64,000 nt of DNA from the human T2T-CHM13v2.0 reference genome, Homo sapiens: the NCBI RefSeq assembly GCF_009914755.1, contig NC_060927.1; one strand, written 5' to 3'. A model generated the notes under the pieces. That model was not told the origin of the DNA. It was given only the letters and a program-made list of their open reading frames with translations, and did not search any database. A program made the position numbers and the translations under genes. This document shows, piece after piece, positions 39,301 to 52,830 of this stretch. Position 1 is the stretch's first letter; each line of letters begins with the position of its first letter.

Positions 39301-40190
39301 GCTGTGGAAGAGATGCCTCTAAGAGAAGGCCTGGGAAACATCCTTTGTGCCTTTTCCATACATTTCCAATGTTTCTGAAACTGGCCTCAACCTCCCGGGC
39401 CACTGTCCCTACCACCCCATCGCCATCACCAAAAACCCTTCCTTGATCACTCTCAAACTTGGTTTGTCTGCCCGACTTAGACATGCCTACAGCAAGACGA
39501 CCGATGCACTCCGGCTTCACTGTGAGTTTTGTTTCTTTGTCGCCAAATTGCCGGGGCAATGGAACTGTGTGTGCTTGAGGGGGCCGGCCCCCAGCCCCGC
39601 GTGCCGCTCCTCACCTGGAAATGCAGTGGCCTGCCGTCAGCACCCACGTGGCGGTGACCAGGGTGCCGCCGCAGATGTGCCTGCCTTTGGTCCTCACGCT
39701 CACCTGCCAGGGCCACCTCCCTTCCTCCGCGTCCACTCCTCCCACGATTCTCAGAGGGGTTCGGCCACACACTGGGGTGAGGATAGTGTAGGATGAAGAA
39801 CTCACTCAAAGACACAGGAGTTGACTCCCCCGGGCGCCCCGACGACAGCCAAGAAGGAGGCCATGTCCCCCGGGGCTCCCGAGCCACGCTTCAGATTCCC
39901 CGGGCCGCGGACCGCAGGCTCCCAGGTAGCACCTGCCCCAGCCTGGCGCCCCAACCTCCGCCTCCGGGCCTCCCACGCAGTGAGTCACCTGGAAAGGACG
40001 TAAACAGATTGAGTGGGGGGCCCGCTTCAGGTCCTGGAGCCGGGCTCGCTTCGGGGTTCTCGCCGCCCTCCTCTGAGAGGAGAGGGGACGGGAGGCGTGG
40101 CGCCGCCATGCCCGCCCAGTTCTGCCCGGGCCAGGGCTGAAGGAGCAGAAGCCACGCCAGGAGGCCCCGGGAGCCGCCGCCAGAGGACAT
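36352..40190 (-). pseudogene. PRSS42P: Testis serine protease PRSS42/TESSP2-like, 5 exons: 40190-39977 (or 39989), 39771-39615, 39301-39039, 38131 (or 38128)-37971, 36588-36352; premature TGA at 36499-36501
   Basis: MSSGGGSRGLLAWLLLLQPW signal peptide; [11 protein letters not shown]; TAGHC, NDLAL, KDSCQGDSGGR; GIGCGR*GLPGVYTE...; same exon phases as the paralog; exon 2 is 157 nt in both. Confidence 0.9.
36960..37770. mobile_element. L2/MIR remnants in PRSS42 intron 4
   Basis: Degenerate L2 3' motifs (atgctattccctc.., aagacccagctc..tgcctcctcctcaggaag) and MIR-like sequence. Confidence 0.5.
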
Positions 40191-40380
40191 GTCATGGATA
40201 CCGGCTGCCCCTCTCCAGACAGCTCGCGCCCCTGCCAGGGGTTGGCTGGAACCAGGGCGCCTGCGAGGGACGAGGGGGCAGGGCCGGTGCCTAGGGGGTG
40301 GAAATGGCCGAGCCGACTTGTTGGACCCCGGTCCTGCTAGATTCCTTGTCTGAATGGGAAATGTCGCCCTCGCGGTTTCA
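39560..40380 (-). promoter_or_regulatory. CpG island over the PRSS42 promoter and exons 1-2
   Basis: High GC and CpG density. Confidence 0.7.
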
Positions 40381-41120
40381 CTCAGATCCTCACTCCAGAC
40401 TATGTCCAGCCAGAACCCTGCCCAGGGCCAAGGGATTAGGGTACTTCTGAGGAAACTGCCCCTGATGGAGAACTCCCGCTTTAGGGTCGGCACTTAGGAG
40501 GCTGGTGCGATGCTGCCCCTGACCTTGTAGGCATGGTACCTGGCCTGGAGCTGGTCAGGATGGGCCTTCTGGGAATTCATGGAGGAGCCCTCATTCTCCA
40601 TAGCGTCCTCAAATCAGGGCTTCATTCACCAGACCTAGATATCGGGGTAGGAGGGCTTTACAGATTAAGCAGGCTAGACAGAGGAGTGGGCTGCTCTTCT
40701 GTTTCAGTCGCAGGGACATCTTTTAAACAGCCCGCAGGTCAATCCACTCTTATTAGCTCTGTGTCCCTAATGTCTAATCTGTCTGTTCTGGTAGCTCATC
40801 CTTTTGTCTGCTGCCCAAGAGCTACTACCAAGCCTCTGCCTCTCCTGGCTTCATCTTTGTTGAAGTTGGAGGAAAAACAACAACAATAACAACTTTTGAA
40901 TTGCTGTATGTTCCACTTTTTCCTGTCCAAAAGTGGACAGCCATGACAGTGTTTTCCACGGATGCCAGTGCTCTCCTCACCAATTTATTGTTCTAAGTCT
41001 TGGTGAAGGGGGCATTCTCTATGGCCCTCTTGGAGCTCAGAGGAGTGGGCGAGCAGGTCACACATCATGAATCCATCCCAATATTTGCCTCTCTCTAACT
41101 CTGTCTCTACATTGAACAAG

Positions 41121-42096
41121 TGTAAGGACCAGCCCTACCAGGCCTGTGGGTTTTTCTCCTCGTGTGCGGAGACAAGAGATCGTAGAAATAAAGACACAAG
41201 ACAAAGAGAGAGACAGACAGCTGGGCCCAGGGTACCACTACCACCAAGACGCGGAGACCGGTAGTGGCCCTGAATGCCTGGACACGCTGCTATTTATTGT
41301 ATTCTAGGCAAGGGGGCAGGGTAAGGAGTATGAGTCATCTCAAATGATTGATAAGGTCACGCAAGTCACGTGTCCACCCGACAGGTAGCCGAGGGAGAGA
41401 GGAAAGGCAGCATACATCAGCATTTCTTCTATGCACTTATCAGAAAGATCAAAGACTTTAATACTTTCACTAATTTTGCTACTGCTATCTTCTAAGAACT
41501 TAAAAGGAGGAGCCAGGCGTACAGGCAGAATATGAAAGTGGACAAGGAGCATGACCACTGAAGCACAGCACCACAGGGAGATGTTTAAGCCTCCGGATGA
41601 CTGCAGGCAGGCCTGGCCTCCCACAAGAGCTGGTGGAGCAGAGTGTTCTCTAACTCTTCCAGAGAAAGGGAGACTCCCTTTCCCAGTCTGCTAAGTAACA
41701 GGTGCCTTCCCAGGCACTGGCACTACTGCTAGACCAAGGTCTGCTAAGCAACGGGTGCCTTCCCAGGCACTGGCGCTACCACTAGACCAAGGATCTCTCA
41801 AGAAGCCCTTATCTGGGCATGACAGAGGGCTCACGCTCTTGTCTTCTAGTCATCTCTCACAGTGTCCCTTCAGCTCCTAATTCTGTATGGCCTGGTTTTT
41901 TCTAGGTTATAATTATAAAACAGAGATTATTATAATAATAGAACAAAGTAATACTACAAACTAATGATTAATAATAATCATACCTATATCTTATTTCTAG
42001 TATAACTTTTCTTAATTTAATTATTTTCTTTATTATACTGGAACAGCTTGTGCCTTCAGTCTCTTGCCTGGGCACCTGGGTGGCTTGCCGCCCACA
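41121..42096 (-). mobile_element. LTR13 (ERVK-class) solo LTR
   Basis: Minus strand starts tgtgggcggcaagccacccaggtgcc; TG..CA ends; perfect 6-bp TSD AACAAG at 41115-41120 and 42097-42102. Confidence 0.88.
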
Positions 42097-42175
42097 AACA
42101 AGGAATTTCTGACATATCACACTTGGTAGTCAAGTGTGGGCCACCACTGAGTTCAGGTTTAAAACAACCAAGTGG

Positions 42176-42485
42176 CAGCCAGGTGCGGTGGCTCACACCT
42201 GTAATCCCAGCACTTTGAGAGGCCAAGGCAGGAGGATTGCTTGAGCCCATGAGTCACGAGTTCATATCCAGCCTGGGCAACATGGAGAAATCCTGTACCT
42301 ACAAAATATAAAAAGATTAGTTGGACATGGTAGGCTGTGCCTGTAGTCCTAGTTACTCAGGAGGCTGAGGTGGGAGGATCCCTTAAGCCCGAGGGTTCCA
42401 GGCTGCAGTGAGCCATGATCGCACCACTGCACTGCAGCCTGGATGACAGAGCAGGACTCTGCCTCAAAAATAAAAATAAACAAGT
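42176..42485 (+). mobile_element. Alu (AluJ-like)
   Basis: Alu consensus. Confidence 0.92.
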
Positions 42486-42497
42486 AAACATGTAAAG

Positions 42498-42715
42498 CAA
42501 GGGTGTCCAATCTTTTGGCTTTCCTGGGCCACACTGGAAGAAGAATTGTCTTGGACCACACACAAAATATGTTAACACTTATGATAGCTGATGAGCTTTA
42601 AAAAAAATCACAAAAAATTAATGTCTTAATAAAGTTTATAAGTTTTTGTTGGGCCACATTTAAAGCCGTCCTGGGCTGTATGTGGCCCATGGGCCGCAGG
42701 TTGGACTAGCTTGAT
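42498..42715 (+). mobile_element. MER30 hAT MITE
   Basis: gggtgtccaatcttttggcttt..ctgggccac..ggaagaagaattgtcttgg; end ggttggactagcttg. Confidence 0.8.
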
Positions 42716-43852
42716 GTAGAGTCACTTTCACCTGCCTGTTTGGTATCTACAAATGGACACCAGCAAACTGAATTCAGAATTTCTGGTAAATGTACTCTTG
42801 GTAAATTTAGGCCCAAGCCTCTCTAATCAAGAGTCTGTAGAATCCAGTCCTGTACATATCTCCCATGTTCTTTCCCATGAAAGTTAGCAAAATCTTGCAG
42901 TTCTTTTTGTAAGGAAGCCTTCTCCCCCTGGGTTATACTTTGTATCTGTCCTTCTAGAGTTTGCTGGGATCTGACTGTACTTATTAGGTGTAGAGGCAGT
43001 AAAGATTTGCTGGGGTGGTACGGGTCTAGAGGCAGTAGACCTTTAGACCTACTAGAGGTAGGTATGGAACTGGCATGCCCTTACCATGTAACTTCCTCAG
43101 TTGAAGTCAATACAGTAGCTCTAGGGTAGAGAAGACCACCCTTGTCAAAACAGAAGATGCACTGCTTCTGTTAGCAAGGGAGGTTCAGTGTGGCTGGGGG
43201 TCAGATGTCCTAAATCTATCCAAATATGCCTCATTGAAATTTTCATGGTCTCACTCTTTCCCAATCAATGCCCTGACTTTTATGTAAGAATTATAATGAA
43301 GCTGTTAATTCCATTTATGTTGAAATTCAGCAGCCCAAAAGATGAGATACTACATTTTATTTTCAACTACATCAATCCTGCAGTGACAAGGAATATGAAA
43401 TTATTTCAGGAAATCATAGAAGCTTTTAATCCAAGAAACTAAAATTCAATATTGCCATTTGCCTTCTTTAAAATTTTCGTGTAGTAATAAGTAACCAGTC
43501 CTCCCCACAGTCCTTATATCTTTCATTTCCACAATAACATCTATTGTGGCAGCCTGTTATCTTTTAATGAACTGTGAAAGGCAGAGTGTGGCCTAGAGTA
43601 AGACTTTAGAATTTGTGGGAGCTGCAAACGTGAAGCAAATTTGCATCTACTCACAGGCCCTTCTCCACAAATTTCCACCAGGTCTTCAAGAGAAAGATTA
43701 GAGGAAGGGCAAGAGACCAAAGAAAGCCTTGCCCGCAGTGCAGTCTTTGGGGAGGTGAGCAAAAGCCACTGTGGGAAAGTCATGACATCTGGCCTGGATC
43801 CTCTACTCTGATTCCCAGCAACCCCACCACCACCACTAACACTACCACTACC

Positions 43853-43875
43853 ACACACACACACACACACACACA
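43853..43875. repeat. (CA)n microsatellite
   Basis: Directly visible. Confidence 0.9.
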
Positions 43876-44653
43876 AAATACACCAGCCCTATGCCACCGG
43901 GGTGGAGAGGGGGCATAAAAATGTCACTTCCAGGGCACAGGTAAAAGCCTGTTATAGCTGGGTGAAGATAACATTAAATACCCTCTATTTCTCGGGGAAG
44001 AGTAGCAAACTGTCCTGCTCCAAACTTTTAAAGACTATCTATTCTGGGAGAGGGGCAAGGTCACTTAGAAGGCCCCATGACTAACAGCCAAGAACATAGC
44101 ACTTGCCTAAGAGTGAGGCTGAGCCAGAACAATAAAGAAAGCCCCCCAGTACCAGGATAGCAAGTGTCCAGGAACAAGTAACAGCAGTCTACTGCTGGAA
44201 GAGTGAGGGTAAAAGCACAGAAAGATATCCTCTCTTAGACGTAGGCACAAAGAAAAGACCAATAACTGTGATTTGAACAGACACTGAGAAAAACTCTCCA
44301 ACAAACCAGCCACTAAGCAAAAAAATAATACTGGAAGAATTTGAATTATGTACTTTTTGAGAGTAACCATACTAACAACAAAACCTGACAGAGTTGTCTC
44401 AATGCCTCCTCCTTAAAGAAAAGGCATGTCCATTTTTGCACATAAATAGTGTTTACCCAAGTCTCCACTAGCCTTCACAAGAAGGCTTTAGCTTTCAACC
44501 AAAAATTATGAGACACATAATGAAACAAAAAATAACACACTATCAAGAGACAAACCAATCAACAAAACCAGACTCAGCTGTGACATGGATTTTGGAACTA
44601 TTACACGGGGAGTTGAAAACACTATGATGGATATATCTGTAGACTCTAGTTCA

Positions 44654-45080
44654 TAGGTCAACAAACGTTTTCTGCAAAGGGCCAGATAGGAAACATTTTA
44701 GGATTTGCAGACCATGAGGCAAAACTGAGGATATTATGTAGGTTCTTATATAGCAACAAGACAATTTTCCCACAAAATTATTGTCATAATACTAATTGCA
44801 TACAATATTCGCTGATTCAGATCTACTAATGAGAGGAATAAAATTGTTTTGAGGGGAGTATAACATTTTACTTATTGGGGTTCAAGTTAGTGTTCTCTAT
44901 TGTCAAAATCAATTGCACATTTTCTGTTAATGGTGAGCTGTAATGATATTTTGTGCACTTCATCTTTTCTTTTTTTATTTTTTATTTTTACTTTTTTAAG
45001 ACAGGGTCTCCATCTGTTGCCCAGGTTGGAGTGCAGTGGTGCAATCTTAGCTCACTGCAGCCTCTGCCTCTCTGGCTGAA
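44654..45080. mobile_element. MER58-like fragment with a short Alu fragment (~44965-45080, minus strand)
   Basis: caaacgttttctgcaaagggccagatag; partial Alu right arm. Confidence 0.55.
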
Positions 45081-45742
45081 CATGGGGGGAAATAGTAAAT
45101 TCTCTAAACTGTGAAGCAGTCTCCCAGCCACACACACATCCAGTGGTAAATAGTGGAAGTAAAACTGACTAAAGGAGCTTACCTACAACCACCAACAAAT
45201 AAGTGATGCATGAAAATTGAGAGGGAAAATGGCTTCACATAATTATCTCACCCAAGTCACTAAACAAACAAAAGACCAAACAAACAACAAAACAGGTTGG
45301 GGCCAGCAAAAGGCAGGAATCAGTGCCTGGGCTTGCTACAGTATATCATCTAAGATGTCTTCTTCGAAATGGAAAAATTACAGAACAGGCAAAGAAACAG
45401 GAAAGTTTGGTCACTTCACAGGAGAAAAAAGCAAGGTAATAGAAATTATCTTTGAAGGGCCCCCTATCTTTGGCATAGTAGACAAAGACTTCAAAATGAC
45501 TATTTGAAGTATCTTCAAAGGACTAAAGAAAAGCATGTTTTAAAATTAAAGGAAGGTATAATAATGGTGATTTATAAAATAGACAATATTTAAAAGAACC
45601 AAATGGAATCAAGTGAAGAAGCACAATAACTAAAATGAAAAATTCATGAGATGGCCTCAACAGTGGATTTGATTTGGATCAGTAAACTTGAAGATAAGTC
45701 ATCAGAGATTTTACAATATGAAGAAACAAAAACAAAACCTCA

Positions 45743-46340
<598 letters not shown>

Positions 46341-46357
46341 GCAAGGCCCTGTCTCTG

Positions 46358-46780
46358 AGAAAGAAAGAAGGAAGGAAGGAAGGGAGGGAGGGAGGGAGGG
46401 AGGAAGGAAGGAAGGAAGGAAGGAAGGAAGGAAGGAAGGAAGGAAAAGAAAGGAAAGAAAGAAAGACAGACGGATGGACGGAAGGAAGGAAAGAAAGAAA
46501 GGGAAAGAGAAGAAGGGAAGGAAGGGAGGGAGGAAGGAAGAAAGGAAGGAAGGGAGGGAGGGAGGAGGAGGGAGGGAGGAAGGAAGAAAAGAGGGAGGCA
46601 GGAAGGAAGGAAGGAAGGGAAAGAAAGGGAAAGGGAAAGGAAAGAAAGGAAAGGAAAAGAGGAAATCCAGCCAATCAAGAGGGAGGGAGGGAGGAAGGGA
46701 GGGAGGAAGGACGGAAGGAAGGAAGGAAAGAAGGAAGGGAGGGAGGGAAGGAGGGAGAAAGGAAGGAAGAAAGGAGAAAA
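46358..46780. repeat. Polypurine (GGAA/GGGA/GAAA)n tract including about 11 perfect GGAA units at 46402-46445
   Basis: Directly visible; almost purely purine on the + strand. Confidence 0.95.
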
Positions 46781-49759
46781 TGAATAGAGCCTCAGAGAAA
46801 TGTGGAACACCATTAAGCACACAAACATAAACATAATGGCAGTACCAGAAGGAGAGAGAAAGGAACAGAAAAATATTTGAAGAAATAATGGCTAGAAACT
46901 TCCCAGATTTTATGAAAAACATTAAGCTACACATCGAACAAGCTTAATGAACTCCAAGTAGAATAAACTCAAAGAGACCTATACCCACACATCAGAGTCA
47001 AAATGTTGGAAGCCAAAGATAAAGAGAACATGTTGACAGCAGTAAGAGAAAAATGACTCATCACATACAAGGGAACCATAATAAGATTATACCTGAGTTT
47101 TTACCAGAATAAAATGGAGGGCTGAAGATAGTGTGACAACTTACTTGAAGGACTGAAAGAAAAATGTTCAATCCAGAATGTTATATCCAGCAAGTCCATG
47201 TTTTTAAAATGAAGATGATGAAAGTGAGACATTACTACTGATTTTACAGAAATAAAAAGAATTAAAATAGAATACTATGAACACTGTACACCAATAAACT
47301 GAATAACCTAAAAGAAATGGACGAATTCCTAGAAATACACAATCTACCAAGATTGAACCTTGAAAAAATAGAAAATCTGAGTAGACCTATAACTAGTAAG
47401 GAGACTGAATTAGTAATCAAAAATCTCCCAACAAAGAAAAACTGTGGATCAGATGGCTTCACTGGTGAATTCTATCAAACATTTAAAGAATTAATACCAA
47501 CTCTTCTCAAACTCTTTCAAACAATTCAAGAGGGGGAAACATTTCCTAACTCATTCTATAAGGCCAGCACTAGTCTATTACTAAAGCTAGACAAATACAT
47601 TATAAGAAAAAACTACAGGTGCATATTCCTTATGAACATTGATGCAAAACTCCTCAGTCACATACTAGCAAAATGAATTTAGCAGCATATTAAAAGGATT
47701 ATACCCAATGGCAAGTGGAATTTTTCTTTTAATGAAACTAGAGATGGGCTCTCACTGTATTGTCCAGGCTGGTCTTGAATTCCTGGACTCAAGTGATCCT
47801 CCTGCCTTGGCCTCCCAAAGTGCTGGGGTTGCAGGCATGGGCCACCATGCCCAGCTAATCAAGTGGAATTTATTCCCCAAAAGCAAGGATGATTCAATAT
47901 ACAAAAATCAATCAATGTAATATGCCACATTAATATAATGAAGGGGAAAAAATCACTTGATGATCTCAATTGATACAGAAAAGCATTTGACAAAATTCAA
48001 CACCCTCTCACGATAAAAACACTCAATAAACTAGGAATAGAAGGAAACTTCTCCAATGTAATAAAGACCACATACGAAAAACCACCATCTAACATCATGC
48101 TCAATGATTTAAGACTAAAAGCTTTTCTCTCAAGATCAGGAACAAGACAAGGATGCTTACTTTCACCACTTCTATTCAACATTGTATTGGAAGTTCTGGC
48201 CAGAGCAATTAGACAAGAAAAAGAAACAAAAGGCATCCAAATTGGAAAAGAAGAAGTAAAATTATCTCTGTTTGCAGGTGCCATGATCCTATATTTAGAA
48301 AACCCCAAAGACTCCACCCTAAAACTCCCACAAAAGCCTGTTAGAGATAATAAACAAATTCAGAAAAGTTGAAGGATACAAAATCAACTTATAAAAATTA
48401 GTTGCATTTCTATAACTGTGAATGATCAAAAAGGAAATTAAGAAAACAATCCCATTTACAATAGCATCAAAAAGAATAAAACACTTGGGAATAAATTTAA
48501 CCAAAGATGTGAAATACCTGCATACTGAAAACTGTACAACACTGCTTGATGAAATTAAAGAATACTTAAATAAATGGAAAGATATTCCATATTCGTGGAT
48601 TGGAAGACTTAATATTATTAAGGTGACAATAATTATCCAAATTAACTCAATTCAATCCCTATCAAAACCCCAATGACTTTTTTTGGCAGATATAGAAAAA
48701 CCGTCCTAAAATTCATTTGGAATCTGAAGCACCCCAAATAGCTAAAACAATCTTGAAAAAGAGAACAAAATTGGAAGACTCACACTTTCTGATTTGAAAA
48801 TTTACTATAAAGCTATATTAATTAAAACAGCATGGTATTGGCATAATGACAGACATACAGACCAATGGAATAGAGAACCCAGAAATAAACCCTCTCATAT
48901 ATGGTCAAATGATTTTCAACAAGGATGCCAAGAGCATTCAATGGAGAAAGGACAGTCTTTCCAAAAAATAGTTCTGGGAAAAATGGATATCCACAAGCAA
49001 AAGAATAAAGGTAGAACTTTACCTTACATCATATACAAAAATTAACCCAAAATGTATCAAAAGCCCCATGTACGAGTTAAACTATAAAACTCTTAGAAGA
49101 AAACATAGGAGAATATCTTCATGATATTGGATTTGGCAATGATTTCTTGGATATGACACCAAAAGCACTGCCACAAAAGAAAAAAGTAGACAAACTGGAC
49201 TTAATAAAAATTGGTAGCCTTTGTGCTATGAAGGACACTATCAAGAGAGTAAAAAGATACCCCACAGAATGGGAGAAAATATTTTCAAATCATATACCTG
49301 ATAAGGGATTAATATCCAGAATATATAAAGAACTCCTACAACTCAAAAACAAAAGGACAATTCTATTTTAAATGGGCAAATAAATTTGTAAATAAACCTC
49401 TTCTCCAAAGAATATAAATAATGGCCAGTAAGCACATGAAAAGATGCTCAACATTGAGACACTCAATCATTAGGGTAATGCAAATTAAAACTAAAGTGAG
49501 ATAACACTTCATACCCACCAAGATGGTTAATTAAAAAGAAACGAGCAGAACAGAAAATAACATGTATTGGAGAGGACATGAAGAAATTGGAATGTCGTGC
49601 CTTGCTGGTAGGAATGTCAAATGGTGCAGTGACTGTGGAAAACAGTATGACAATTCCTCAAAAAGTTAAACATAGAATTACCATATCATCCAGTAATTCT
49701 GCTTCTAGGTATATACCCAAAAGAAGTGAAAGCAGGGATTCAAACAGATACGTGTTCGT

Positions 49760-50045
49760 GTACCCAAAATCTGTGAATATGTTACTTTACGTTGTAAAAG
49801 GAAATTTATAGATGTGATTCAGGTTCAGGACCTTGAAATGGGGATATTATCCTGGATTATCTGGAAAAGCCCAGTCTAATCACATGAGTACCCAAAAGTG
49901 GAGAATGTTTCACAGGGAGATAGGACTACCAAAGGGTCAGAGAGATGTAACATTGCGGCTTTGAAGATGGAAGAAGGGGACCAGAAGCTAAGGAATGCTG
50001 GTGACCTCTAGAATCTATAAAAATCAAGGAAACAAATCCTCCTCT
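49760..50045 (+). mobile_element. MLT1 LTR fragment
   Basis: ctgtgaatatgttac..gatgtgatt..ggaccttgaaatggg..attatcctggattatc. Confidence 0.75.
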
Positions 50046-50064
50046 TGGCATCCAGGAGGAACTG

Positions 50065-50081
50065 GCCCTACCTGGCTAATT

Positions 50082-50129
<48 letters not shown>

Positions 50130-50252
50130 TTTTTGTAGAGGTGGGGTTTTGCTATGTTGCCCAGGCTGATCTCGAACTCCTAGGCTCAAGCAATCTTCCT
50201 GCCTCAGCCTCCCAAAGTATTGAGATTACAGGCATAAGCCACCAGACCCAGC
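50065..50252 (-). mobile_element. Partial AluJ/FLAM with (ATTT)n
   Basis: Alu left arm plus tetranucleotide run. Confidence 0.85.
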
Positions 50253-50475
50253 TGCAAATGTTCTGTAACAACCATTCTCAGCTCATGGGCTAACAAGAGG
50301 CGGCCAGATGTGGTCTATACTCAAATATTGCCTCCTCAATGAGGCCTTCCTAGGACACCCTCAAAAACTGTGTCCCCCATCCTTCCAAATCCTCCTTATC
50401 CTCCTTTAATTTTTCCCATAGTACTTCGCACAGTCTAACATACTATGTATTTTTCTCACACATATTACGTTTTCT

Positions 50476-50540
50476 GGGGCAAAGATTTTTACGACTACTT
50501 TCAATGGTGAAAATCGCAATTACTTTTGCACCAACCTAAT
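50476..50540. mobile_element. MADE1 (Hsmar1 MITE) remnant with one intact TIR, inside an L2 remnant
   Basis: tactttcaatgg..aaaatcgcaattacttttgcaccaacctaa followed by TA. Confidence 0.8.
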
Positions 50541-51779
50541 ACATTGGGTATCTTCCTCTTTCATAAATTCTTCCTCTTGTAAACTTTATGTGGGCAGATT
50601 TTTTTGTCTGTCTTGCTTATTGCTGTATTCCCAGCACCTGAAACATGTCTGGCACTCGATAAACATCTGTTAAATGAATGAATGAATCAGTGAGTGAATT
50701 AATAAATAAATAGATCCTATATAGCCTAGCAGTTAGGAAAAATAAAGAAATAAATAAATAGAAATGAAGTGGAGATAGAACACATTGATACCTGTAAGTG
50801 CTTAGTGCACTGCCTAGCACACACTAAGTGCTCAATAAATATTAGTCACCCTTATTCCTTATTGTAGTTATAGTTGTTACCTTCACGAGGAGCCTCAAGC
50901 ATCTGAAAGGTGCAGGCACCAGAGCAAGCAAAATCTCCCAGCCACTATCTGTATCCAGCCGCCTGCCTCCCTGTCTACTGCATCTCCTCTCCTGGTTTCC
51001 CTGCTCCTTCTGGGGCTGCTGGTCTCCCTCTCTGCTACTGGAGCCTGTGTCCCCCTCTGGTTCCCTCAATCTTTGTCCCTCAATTACAGATGGGACTTCT
51101 GGACTCTCCACAGTGCCTCAGGCAGAGTCCCCCTAAGATATCCTGAACCCGACTGCCTGCTTCTACTCTCCTCCATTCTGTTCCCCCCATTCCACCCCTT
51201 CACTTGTTCCAGCGTCCAGGCTGTTGCCTTAGGATTCTGCTCCCACCCTGAGACCCCCCACCCCACCAACGCCGCCACATTCCACCTAAGCGCCCATCCT
51301 CTAGAAAGCCTTTGCTGACACCCTCCCCAACCTTTTGGTGCCCACAGCCTCCCCCCGACCCCCCACCGTGCTGATCCCTTACGAAGCACTCTCATTCTGC
51401 TGGAACCTCTGTGCTGTCCCTGTCTCCCCCAAGGCTGACAATTTCCCAAGCTCCCCCTCCTCCCACAATGCCCCACCCAGGAAGCCCAGGGCCTGATCTC
51501 TGGCGCCTCAGCTCCTGAGACCCCCCTCCCCCTGCCGTCTAGAAACGTTCCTGGAATCCACCGACCCTCCCCACAGTGTTCCCTCTCTAATCCCCACAAC
51601 AGTCTCAACCCTACAGTGGAGGAAATGAGTGGCGAGAGGTTAAGCAATTTGCCAAGATCACACGAGGCAGGAGTAAAGCGGGGCTTGAACCCAGGGCCCT
51701 GGGCAGGGCTGGGGTGCGGGGGCTGGCAGGGTATCGACCCAGGGTACACAACACAGCAGTCAAACAGATAGACAGAGTT

Positions 51780-52830
51780 TTGGATGAGCCAACGGCTGAG
51801 ATGGGACGAGAAGCCAGCGCCTCCTCCCTGCGCGTCTGTCTGCAGGCCAGGGGCTCACACGGGAGCCGGCTCCTGCCCCCTGGCCCAGGGCCAGCCGTCA
51901 TCCCCATGAGGTCAGCCACAGCTGGCGATTTCGGGGAAATACCAGCTCCTTATTAAAAACAGGCGGTGGTCAGGCCCCCGCTGCTTTCCCAGTAGAAACT
52001 GGAGTGTTTGTTCCAAAAGGAACAAGAGTGGGCAGGGCCTGGCCAGGGCCCTGAGGCGGGAGGCTTGAGCTGCAGTACCTGGTCAGGGTGTCCCGGGAGC
52101 TGCGGGGAGAGGAAGTGGAGGGGACAGCCCCAGTCCGGCAGTCGCGGGTGGGGGCTAGCAAAGGCAGCCTGTGTGAGGGGCGGGCACCGGCCCGGGAGGG
52201 GATGGTCCCACAACACCTCGAGGCTGCGCCGACCAGGGAGGGGTTGTGGACTGTGACCTCCACAGCTGCACCCCCCACCCCGGCCCGGGGACAAATCTCA
52301 GGCAGTGGGCAAGGCCTGAGAAAAAGCAGGCTCATGGCGATAAGTCCCTCCTCTTCCGGGGTAGGCAGCCGCCACCCGCGCCCCTGTGCCCAGAGCCTGC
52401 AGCCCCCGCCTCCAGGAGATCTGCGGAGGCCTCCCCTGCAGGGGGCGCGAGTGGGCCATGCCTCCCCCGGCCCCGGCCCAGGCCCCGGCCCACCCCGCCA
52501 CTCTCCGCGCCAGCACAGGCCGCCCTGCATCTGGAGCGAGTTAGGGTTGGCGGCCTGGCGGGCGGCGGCGTGAGCTCATCCCGGCCCGCCCCGCTGCGGT
52601 TTCCACGCGGCTGTGAAGGGAACAGAACACAGAAACGCCGCGCCGAGGGCCGGGCCGGAGGAGCACAGAGGAGCGGCCGCTCCTCCCGGGATGTGGGTGG
52701 GAGTGGGAGAGGCGGGAGTGTGTATCACTGGCGCGTCGCCGAGGGAGGCTGAGCCCTGGGAGCCGGCCACCAGCATGCGTCGCTGGTGTCACCGTGTGTG
52801 GTGGCTTGCGAGGGTGTGTGTGTCCCGAAG
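51780..52830. promoter_or_regulatory. Orphan CpG island / GC-rich regulatory element
   Basis: Dense CpG, GC boxes (cccgcccc, ccccgcc) and GATAAG at ~52339 and ~52848; no recognisable coding exon. Confidence 0.6.

Noticed and set aside
39891-40493. 200-aa ORF extending PRSS42 exon 1 upstream
   Set aside because: Non-ATG start; it would bury the signal peptide; stop-poor GC-rich DNA explains the length
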